Assembly (NCBI GenBank): GCA_021201295.1 | Contig: JAJQFE010000021.1 | Span: forward strand, 8,208-72,207 | DNA length: 64,000 nt | Direction of reading: 5' to 3' | Source of the DNA: Tannerellaceae bacterium | GTDB taxonomy: Bacteria > Bacteroidota > Bacteroidia > Bacteroidales > Tannerellaceae | Shown: in pieces, positions 28,004-36,433 of the stretch | Layout: each line of letters opens with the position of its first letter | How positions within the stretch are numbered: the stretch's first letter is position 1 | The notes under the pieces: generated by a model | Databases searched by the model: none | The model's input: only the letters and a program-made list of their open reading frames with translations | What the model was told of the DNA's origin: nothing | Position numbers and translations under genes: made by a program

Positions 28004-30027
28004 ATGAGACAAAGACAATTGTATCAACCGAATGTCTATTGCTTTAAGAGATTTATGCGAAAAGGCTATGGCGCATTTGCCAGTTTGCGCAGGGTGGTAA
28101 ACATTGGAGTGGTTGGAGGCGCTGTGCTAACTTGTATGCCTGTGTCGACTACATCTGCCCAACAGGTTACCGGAAAAGAACAACCAAAAGTAATGGAACA
28201 GGAGCTGGATGAAGTGATGGTGACTGCTTCCCGAATAGAGACTCCTGTGAATCAAACGGCCAGGTTGGTCACGGTGATTACCAAAGAACAGATTGAGCAG
28301 GCGCCCGTCCGGAGTATTCAGGATCTGTTAGTATATGTTGCTAACATAGATGTCATCCAGCGCGGAGGACATGGCGTGCAAGCCGATATTTCGATCCGTG
28401 GAGGATCTTTTGACCAGAACGCAGTACTACTAAACGGAGTTAACCTTTCCAATTCCCACACAGGCCACTACAGTTTTGACATTCCCGTCAATCTTTCCGA
28501 CATTGAACGTATAGAAATTATTCACGGACCTTCCGCATTAATTTACGGAGCCAGTGCATTTTCCGGAGGAATTCATATTATTACTAAAAAAATGTGGATA
28601 ACCGGTTGTATGCAAATATAGAAGCTGGTATGCATAATCTCCGGGGTGTTGAGGTGCGCGGAGCGGCCGGAATAGGTAAAACCACACATACACTTTCTGC
28701 AGGATACAACTCATCGGAAGGTTATATAGCCAACAGTGATTATGATATTTATAACCTGTTCTGGCAAACTCGTTTGCAGCTAAATGAAACTGATAAACTG
28801 GATCTGAACCTGAGGTTTAATGATAAGAACTATGGAGCGAATACCTTTTATTCTGCTATATATCCGGAACAATATGAACAAACCAGCAGCTATGTGGGCA
28901 CTTTGAAAGGAGAGTTCGAAAAGCGGTTTAAAATGATCCCGATCCTCTATTGGAACTGCCATCATGATCAATTTGACCTGGTCCGGGGAACAGATTTCGG
29001 ACGGAACTTTCACCGGAATGATATGTATGGAGCCAATCTGATCTTTACTTATCCGTCTGTTCTGGGTATCACCAGTCTGGGAGGAGAAATCCGCAAAGAA
29101 GATATCATGAGTAGTGTCCTGGGGAAACCCATGGCAGAACCTCACCGGAAATATGTGATGTACGATGACCGGATCAATACCAGTGTAGCTTTGGAGCATA
29201 CGGTTACCTGGAATCGGTGGATCGCTTCTGCCGGTATCCTGATGAATCACAACACCATATTAAAGGGAACCTATAAATTTTATCCCTCTGTTAATCTAAG
29301 CTACCGCCCGGCAGATGAGGTAAAATTCTACACTTCCTGGAGTCGGTCTACTCGTATGCCTACTTTTACAGATCTTTATTATACCACAGAAACACACCAT
29401 GGAAATGACGGATTACGACCGGAAAGGTCTGAGTCCTGGGATGTGGGAGTGAAATATAATTCCCGGTTAGTAACTGCCTACCTGGCCGGATTTCTTTTAT
29501 GGGGAAGGGATATTATTGACTGGGTCAAGGAAACACCGGAGGCTACCAAATGGGCCTCCTGGAATATGACGAAGATCAATACCCGAGGAATAGAAGCCGG
29601 TGTCAAATTCCGCCTTGGGGAGTTGGTTCCCCTGTTAGGAGAGCCTGCCTCCTTGGCGTTGGATTACGCCCGTATGCATCAATCATGTGACACACAGGAT
29701 CTGATCTCTGTATACAGCCTCAATTACCTGCGGGATAAATTCACCATGAAGTTCAATCACCGCATATGGAATGGTTTCTCTGCGGACTGGTATTTCCGCT
29801 TCCAGAAACGGATGGGATCTTATGAAAAATATGAAGCGCTGAAAAAAGTAGGGGATGAACCGTACCCGGCTTTTTCCACGCTGGATCTGAAGTTGAATTA
29901 TCAATACCAGGAGATCACCTTTCATCTGACTTTTAATAACCTGTACAATACTCACTATTTCGACCGGGGGAATATTCCCCAGCCTAGCTTTTGGCTGATA
30001 GGTAGGATTAGCTATGTGATTAAGTGA
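28004..30027 (+). pseudogene. TonB-dependent receptor (plug + barrel) split by a frameshift in an A7 tract
   Basis: ORFs 28004..28621 and 28594..30027. ...GGIHIITKK joins NVDNRLYANIEAG... if run 28586..28592 has 8 A instead of 7. Plug motifs DEVMVTASR, IERIEIIHGPSALIYGA. The true start is possibly MRKGYGAF at 28055. Confidence 0.8.
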
Positions 30028-30081
30028 TACTATAGGATTGATAGTAAATAAAAGCTAAGATATTTATTTTTATTTATGATT

Positions 30082-30124
30082 AAAAAAACACCTTAGACTA
30101 ATCCATTTTAGTCTAAGGTGTTTA
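30082..30124. terminator. bidirectional rho-independent terminator
   Basis: AAAAAAA-acaccttagacta-atccattt-tagtctaaggtgt-TTT, a 13-bp perfect stem. It serves the convergent TonB receptor and precursor-peptide genes. Confidence 0.8.
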
Positions 30125-30163
30125 GAATTAGGGAAAGTAATTGTTTTTCCCCTTTTGGCTCAT

Positions 30164-30319
30164 TTAGAAGGTTCTTCCAATAGTACCTCCTGCCGGATTG
30201 ATTTTAAAAGAGTTATTACCATAAGTATAACCTCCTTTTAATTCACTTTGCTCTTGCTCAGTTAGTGTATCCAGCTCTTTCAGTTTGTCTTGGATACTAA
30301 TTTTCTTAAGCTTTTTCAT
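30164..30319 (-). CDS. 51-aa putative RiPP precursor with a double-glycine (GG) leader
   Basis: Own translation (below the 60-aa ORF-track cut-off): MKKLKKISIQDKLKELDTLTEQEQSELKGGYTYGNNSFKINPAGGTIGRTF*. It is the last gene of the minus-strand operon, 57 nt after the protease gene, and is followed by the strong terminator. Confidence 0.7.
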   Translation of the reverse strand: MKKLKKISIQDKLKELDTLTEQEQSELKGGYTYGNNSFKINPAGGTIGRTF

Positions 30320-30376
30320 GCAAATTAAATTTTAAATTAGTAATTGAAAACCGATCACCCAAAAGAGTGATATTCA

Positions 30377-31741
30377 TTAATTGAATTTTATCCACATATC
30401 ACGAAAATTAAATGTGATTTTATCACTTTTTCTTATAATTATGTCTCCTAACATCCCATCACAATGCTGATTAGCTATTATTATATCGTTCTCTGCATCA
30501 GTGTTAATTATGGACTGCGAAGAAAAGAAATCGAGCTGGTTAAATTCGACATAGATATTTTGTGGTTTAAACACCCAGGATTGTTTAATCCCTTGTAGCA
30601 TTAACATATTAAATTTTTCTTTTTGATTTTCATGAAAAGAAAATTTATCACTTTGTTCATAATACCTGTAATTTATATAGAAGTCCTGATTACTTCCTGT
30701 GTCCAGCCAACCAATGAAGTTCGTACTTTCTAATTTGCATTTTAATAACAATTGGTTATCAGCAATAGTAATTAAATTTATATTCTCAGTTATAGGAGAC
30801 GATTGGGAAGGTATCAATAATTTGTTTTGATTAAAATCGAATTGAAATTCATCAATCATCTTCATGATTGAAATACCTAATATTAATCCCAGGCTATCCA
30901 TAAAGTGAGTTGCATTTTCAAATTTTTCTTTTGAATTTTCATTCAGATCCGGAACATTTAGAAAAGAACAAGAAACTATAGAATCAACAGGTACCCAGAC
31001 AGGTACATTATAAATTGTTATATGACCGATTTTTAAACTATCGATCATTCCTTTTTTTGCTTTTAATTCTTTATTATTCACCATTATAGTGTCATGAGAT
31101 GCATATTTAACCCTTATAGAGCTTGCTAATTGCTGGTTTATAAAACATTCTGTTGCACCTGTATCAAAAATGGCTTTTAACTTTGTTTCATTACTAATTA
31201 CTTCAAAATTTAAACCTTCTGTTTTAGGATCGGCAATCAGGTCTAATAGAATATCCTGTTCCGGGGAAGGATTAGTGAGATAGGTTTTAGGTTGCAAATC
31301 GAAAGTGTTCATTTCATCTTTCAGATATAAAAATACAGCTTTCATTTCATCTCCTAATTCAAATTTGTCAGCCAAATGAAATAATATGTCACATATGTCA
31401 GATGCCTTTTTATAGTTCTGAATCTCAATATAATTATTTAGATTTAATCCATACCATTCAATACAATTAGATCCCATAGATTCACCGAACTCTGTAATTA
31501 TCTGGTTGGTTACATCTATTGCTTTAGCTGGTTGATTTGTATAGGTATATATATACGCTTCAGCAGCTAAATTTTCATAACCTGTAATATTGTTTTTGTT
31601 CTTGTCATAATACTCCCTTAATTCTATCCATCTGCGTTCTGAAATAAATTTTAATACTATTTGTTCTGTGAGGTTACCTTGACAAAGTAAAAAACTGCTG
31701 CAAAAAATGCATAAAGTAAATATAAACTTTTTCATGCTCAT
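30377..31741 (-). CDS. secreted two-lobed retropepsin-like aspartic protease with an N-terminal helical domain
   Basis: 454-aa ORF. Signal peptide MSMKKFIFTLCIFCSSFLLCQG. Two catalytic-type motifs, FDTGATECFIN and WLDTGSNQDFYI, each followed by an ILG/MLG segment. Its start overlaps the rSAM stop (TAATG). Confidence 0.65.
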   Translation of the reverse strand: MSMKKFIFTLCIFCSSFLLCQGNLTEQIVLKFISERRWIELREYYDKNKNNITGYENLAAEAYIYTYTNQPAKAIDVTNQIITEFGESMGSNCIEWYGLNLNNYIEIQNYKKASDICDILFHLADKFELGDEMKAVFLYLKDEMNTFDLQPKTYLTNPSPEQDILLDLIADPKTEGLNFEVISNETKLKAIFDTGATECFINQQLASSIRVKYASHDTIMVNNKELKAKKGMIDSLKIGHITIYNVPVWVPVDSIVSCSFLNVPDLNENSKEKFENATHFMDSLGLILGISIMKMIDEFQFDFNQNKLLIPSQSSPITENINLITIADNQLLLKCKLESTNFIGWLDTGSNQDFYINYRYYEQSDKFSFHENQKEKFNMLMLQGIKQSWVFKPQNIYVEFNQLDFFSSQSIINTDAENDIIIANQHCDGMLGDIIIRKSDKITFNFRDMWIKFN

Positions 31742-33586
31742 TATATTAATATGTTTGTGTTAATTATAGATACAATCTCTGTATAATCTTTATTTATATA
31801 AATAAGTCTTTCTTTTTTCAATTCATTCAATATATCTATTATTTCTTCCTGCGGTTTACCAAAAAGGTTTGTTAGATTTTGTAATGAGACTACTTTATTA
31901 TTTGCTTCATCTAATATCTTCCATTCAATAGAATGAGTTTCAAATTCTAATTCGTTGATCATTCTTTCATTATAATATTCTTTATAACGAACAGACTTAT
32001 TATCTATTAAAATTAACTTGTATTCATATTTACTTTTTAAATAATAAGATTCGATTCGTTGAAATTCATACCACAAAGGATGTTCATAACATTTGAACGC
32101 TTCAAGAATATTGAATTCAGGATCTCCTTTTGGTAGATAAGAATCGGATAAATGACTTTTAAAAGGATGACGTTTACTCCAGAGAATTTCATTTTCTCCT
32201 TTTATAAGTTTATAATATCGGCTGGCTTTGGTGACTCCCAGCTCTGAATAATTATGTTCAAACAACTCTTTATGTAAAAAGAACCTGAGGTTATGTAAGT
32301 TTTCAATACTTTCCAAAATATCAGCCTCTGTTTCTTCCAATAAATTTTTAATGATATTTGCACCTCCTACATATATCTGGAATAGGATAGCATATTTAAT
32401 GAAAAGTAAATTACTTGCAAAGCTATTTTTTTTCTCAATTTTTTTGAGTAATGTATCACTGGCAGACTCATATCCTATTTGTATGTGGACAAAGCCTGCT
32501 AATGACATTTTTTTATGAAGTCAAAAGTTATGTCTTTTGTAATTATTTCTGCTAACATAATTTTGAAATCTGGATATTTCTCTTTTAGTTGGATTAATAA
32601 ATTAAGTAGTTTATCAAATCTTTCCAAATCCTTACCAATTACATCGTTATCCAAAAAATGAAAGTTAGAAATATGATAGGTTTTTATCATATATTCCATC
32701 TCTTCTACAATAATTTCAGGAGGTTTTACTCTAAATCGGTAACCCGTATTCAAATAACAGAAATGGCATTTTTCCCAATGACAGCCTCTTCCTCCTTCTA
32801 TAGGGATACCAATGGTTTGAGGATCTATGTTAATCTGATTAAAATAATCGCTATAATCAGGTCTGATTTTTAAAGAAGACATAGAAATATAATTATTATT
32901 ATGGATACCAGTTGTTATAATAATGTTATTTTTTCGATATGCCATATTGGATATTGTATTATAATCTGATGACTTTTCTATACTTTTTGTGAGTAGAAGT
33001 AATGCATTTTCTCCTTCTCCCCATAATGCTATGTCAAATTGGTCAAAATTAGTGAGATAAGCTTTCGCGGCGTCTTTAGTTCTGATTCCCCCTATAACTA
33101 TTGGAATGCCAGGATTGAGTTCTTTTATTTTTTTAGCAATAATACTGGAAAATACCCATTGATATAAATTCACTGATAAACCTATATACAAAAGATCTTC
33201 ATAATTTATACTCTTGATGGTTTCATCTATGAAATTTTTTGTCTTTATATAGTATTCATTCATATGCTCTTTAAAAAAATCCGGATGCATATTAAGGTAT
33301 TGAGGTTTCAGTGTGATGAGAGAGGCTTTAATATTATTAAAGGCTACTTCATCCTTATCTTCATGTGCCAAATAGTTGAAAAACAGGTTTAGAGCATATC
33401 TATTTTGTCAATATTATTTAGACCCCAAACAAATTTTGATTGTAAATCCGAGAATAGAATATTCCAATAAAGAATATCAACCTGATAACCTTCACTTACC
33501 ATAAATGCTTTTAATACAGACATTGGCGGAGATGGGATTTCTATCATGGAAGGAGGAACCCAATTTAATAATATGCGTGTTTTCAT
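31741..33586 (-). pseudogene. B12-binding-domain (class B) radical SAM enzyme, split in three by two homopolymer frameshifts as assembled
   Basis: ORFs 33389..33586, 32499..33371 and 31741..32508. The N-terminus is B12-domain-like (KTRILLNWVPP..., LYIGLSVNLYQW...IPIVIGGI). The Cys motif is GGRGCHWEKCHFCYLN. The joins are restored by one extra A in the coding-strand A4 (plus-strand T 33403..33406: ...NNIDKNRYALNLFFNYLAHED...) and in the A7 (plus-strand T 32508..32514: ...DFIKKMSLAGFVHIQIGYES...). Confidence 0.7.
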
Positions 33587-34356
33587 AAGCTATTTTTGTG
33601 AGATTGATTTAATTCCATACAAGAACTTTTATAAGTTCTGTTTAATTCGTTTTTGGAAATATATACTTGTAGTTCATTACAATAAGTGCTGTTTTCATTC
33701 CTTGGATGTGAAAGATGATATAGAATATTTTTACTTCTATAAATTATGAATTTACGGTTTCTAAATTGATGAAAACGATTGAAATCTTCATCTCCCCATC
33801 CGTAAAAAAGTTCATTTTCTAATCCTGCTTCAATGTATTTTTCTTTATTCATAATGACTGCTCCTCCTACCAGAGATCTATGATGTAAGATTTCCATTCT
33901 CTCCTTATATTTATATAGAATTTTTATCTTTTTCTTTTTTATAAAAAGTTCTCTTACAGGAATGGATGTATTTAAACATACTCCATTATAAGGTATTCCC
34001 ATATCAGCTTTATTCTCTCGCAGCCGTTTAACACATTCAAGTATATATTTTTTCTCAGCAATAATATCGGCATCCCAAATAGCTATAAATTTAGTATTGA
34101 CTTTATTAGCCATTTGATTATAATATTTTGTTTTATGTAATATATAATCTTCATCTTCTACAAATTGATACCGGATCTTTTTCTTCAGTGTTTTCTGTAG
34201 TATATGATTGCAATATTTGTCTGCTTCATATATGTATATATGAGTATGAAAATTATCCATCAGATAGTTCGTGACTAGCAAAATATTTTCAAGTCTTTCA
34301 ATAGAATCTATTCTTACTAACAGAATGAATGTAACATCTGATAAATCTGTTTTCAT
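33583..34356 (-). CDS. GT-A fold glycosyltransferase (GT2 / Glyco_transf_7C-like)
   Basis: 257-aa ORF. VTFILLVRIDS, WDADI (DxD) and the GWGDEDFN motif, which resembles the galactosyltransferase C-terminal family. ATGA overlaps at both ends. Confidence 0.6.
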   Translation of the reverse strand: MKTDLSDVTFILLVRIDSIERLENILLVTNYLMDNFHTHIYIYEADKYCNHILQKTLKKKIRYQFVEDEDYILHKTKYYNQMANKVNTKFIAIWDADIIAEKKYILECVKRLRENKADMGIPYNGVCLNTSIPVRELFIKKKKIKILYKYKERMEILHHRSLVGGAVIMNKEKYIEAGLENELFYGWGDEDFNRFHQFRNRKFIIYRSKNILYHLSHPRNENSTYCNELQVYISKNELNRTYKSSCMELNQSHKNSL

Positions 34357-35375
34357 AATGTATTTTTATAATAGTTGTAAAACAATACTGATCCCAAACC
34401 TCCTTCCATAAGATCCATAAGTTTACTTGACGGTAAATGGAAAATTAGGTTCTCCAATTCCTCTGAATTTTCAATTCTTCTTAATATGTATTTCTTTACC
34501 TGAGGAATATCCTCAGGAATATGATCTTTTAATCGGGATAATAATAAAAAGATACTGATTAATCCGTCCTTTAAATAAATATCTTTATCTCTTAATTCAT
34601 TGTGTATAAGTGTAGTTAGATTTAACTCCTGTTTTCTTTTATAGAAATACTCTTTCCACTCACAATCCTTAAAAATGTAAGAAATATTTAATATTGCCCA
34701 TAAAAGATATAAAAGGTTTCCTTGATTGACGGGTATATATCTTGTAATAGGTAACTTATATTGATTCAGTATTTTCCCTATTCTTTCTCCGAATTTTTCT
34801 GTATTTCCAAGTTTGCTTAAAATGTATAAAAAGAGAGGGACTATGTAGTCTATAGAATAAATAGGAGGCTCTTTAAAAAAGAGAATATCTATTTTTTTGT
34901 GTAATTGATCAAGTATAAGAGAAATGGTTCGATTAAAAAAATATTTATCATCAGAACCTACAGGCTGTTGTTTAACTCGGATTTCCAGATAAAATAATAT
35001 ATGAATTAATGTCTTTATTGGGATTTTCGACAGACTATCAGAATAAGTTACTTGTTTTAATATAATATCATCCATATCTGATAATATAAGATTCTCGTTT
35101 CCCTTAATGAATTCGGCCTTTAGTAAATAATGGATTCCCAGCCCTATGCCAGTCCAACCTGTTTCCATATCTAAAGATAAAGCGGGAGTCAGTTCAAGTG
35201 TTATTTCTTCAAAAAGAATAGTAGCTTTTCTTCTATATTCTTTATCGTCATTTATTTCTCCCATTAGAAAGAAGTAAATACATACACCCATTTTTCCATG
35301 AAATAATCCCAGAGGTAAATTGTGAGTACTGGTACTAAGTATTTTTTCTTCTAATATTTTCCATCTGTCATTCAT
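34353..35375 (-). CDS. hypothetical alpha-helical repeat protein with weak LanC-like Gly-rich helix-start motifs and no Zn ligands
   Basis: 340-aa ORF. GLFHGKMGVCIYFF, GWTGIGLGIHYLL and GGLGSVLFY motifs. No WCxG/CHG motifs. Paralogous to the 35623..36423 product. Confidence 0.35.
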   Translation of the reverse strand: MNDRWKILEEKILSTSTHNLPLGLFHGKMGVCIYFFLMGEINDDKEYRRKATILFEEITLELTPALSLDMETGWTGIGLGIHYLLKAEFIKGNENLILSDMDDIILKQVTYSDSLSKIPIKTLIHILFYLEIRVKQQPVGSDDKYFFNRTISLILDQLHKKIDILFFKEPPIYSIDYIVPLFLYILSKLGNTEKFGERIGKILNQYKLPITRYIPVNQGNLLYLLWAILNISYIFKDCEWKEYFYKRKQELNLTTLIHNELRDKDIYLKDGLISIFLLLSRLKDHIPEDIPQVKKYILRRIENSEELENLIFHLPSSKLMDLMEGGLGSVLFYNYYKNTL

Positions 35376-35622
35376 AATTTGATTTATTATTACAGAAGTG
35401 GTTTATCATAAATAAAATTGTTTGTAAGTTAATAAATTAAAATCTAATTTGAAGCTTATGTTGTGATAAATTAACTAAATGAGTAAATTAAATGATTTGG
35501 ATAATTATTTTCTAAACTATAATAGTTTATGTATTATAATTAATTAATAAATATTATTTTTTTAATTGATAGAGAGATTTTTATATCTTTAGTAACTTTT
35601 TATTTTAAACCGGAATTGTTTT

Positions 35623-36423
35623 ATGAATTACTTACCTCAAATCTCTGAATCTCATTATACTAAAGAATTTAGTATGAGGTCAGGATTAGCCGGGTTATTG
35701 GTATTTTATTTTTATAGTGCAAAATATACTCAACAGGAGTTATATGAGAAGAAAGGATATGATACTTTAGATATCATATTAGAAAGAGTGGCAAAGGGGA
35801 ATTTTACTAATCTTTATATTTTAGTAGAAATAGGGGTAGTTCTCAATTTCCTTGTGCGGGAAGGTTTTTTGGAAGAAGATGATCAATCTATATGGAGTGA
35901 TTTGGATATCAATATATATAAAGAATTATTCCATACATTATATTTTAATTTCGGATTTGAGAACGGTTTATTGAAATTTTACCGTTATTATTTGCAACGA
36001 TCTTCTGCTTATTCAGAAATAGGTCTGAAAATAATTTTGAATCATTTGTTTGGCTGTTTTCGTATTTCAGGGTATAATTCTCATCCAGTTGATGCACTTT
36101 ATCTTTTACCTTCAGATATAATTGAGGATATAAAAATTTTTATTCTGGAATTAGAGAGTAGAAACCTCTTTTATAAAGAAACTACTTTGCTGAAAGAGCT
36201 TTTAAACGAATTTGAAAATAGACAACAGCCTTTACAAACAAATTATCCAGAGTATGAAATTCTTCAAAAATTAAGGAAAACAAAATTTTCTTTACATAGT
36301 ACTATAGAAGTAAAGAAATGGATAGAAATTCTTATTGGCCTTTCTGAGGAGGAAATAATTCGTGGGTTAGCTACTATGAAAATGAATCAACCTCATTTAC
36401 CTGATATTTGGGAATTGCTCTAA
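35623..36423 (+). CDS. hypothetical alpha-helical protein, paralogue of the 34353..35375 product
   Basis: 266-aa ORF. SGLAGLLVFYFY and IGVVLNFLVREGFLEEDDQSIWSDLDINIYKEL align with GKMGVCIYFF and IGLGIHYLLKAEFIKGNENLILSDMDDIILKQV in the paralogue. Confidence 0.35.
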   Translation: MNYLPQISESHYTKEFSMRSGLAGLLVFYFYSAKYTQQELYEKKGYDTLDIILERVAKGNFTNLYILVEIGVVLNFLVREGFLEEDDQSIWSDLDINIYKELFHTLYFNFGFENGLLKFYRYYLQRSSAYSEIGLKIILNHLFGCFRISGYNSHPVDALYLLPSDIIEDIKIFILELESRNLFYKETTLLKELLNEFENRQQPLQTNYPEYEILQKLRKTKFSLHSTIEVKKWIEILIGLSEEEIIRGLATMKMNQPHLPDIWELL

Positions 36424-36433
36424 AACAGAATAA

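Noticed and set aside
35376-35622. 22-codon ORF (MSKLNDLDNYFLNYNSLCIIIN) in the divergent promoter region of the island, considered as a second precursor
   Set aside because: It has no GG or other recognisable leader motif and lies in extremely AT-rich promoter DNA, where short ORFs arise by chance. It is kept only as a note for peptidomics.
30164-36423. Interpreting the island as a lanthipeptide cluster because of the LanC-like proteins
   Set aside because: The putative core peptide has no Cys. There is no dehydratase (LanB/LanM/LanKC/LanL) and the LanC-like proteins lack the Zn-binding Cys/His motifs.
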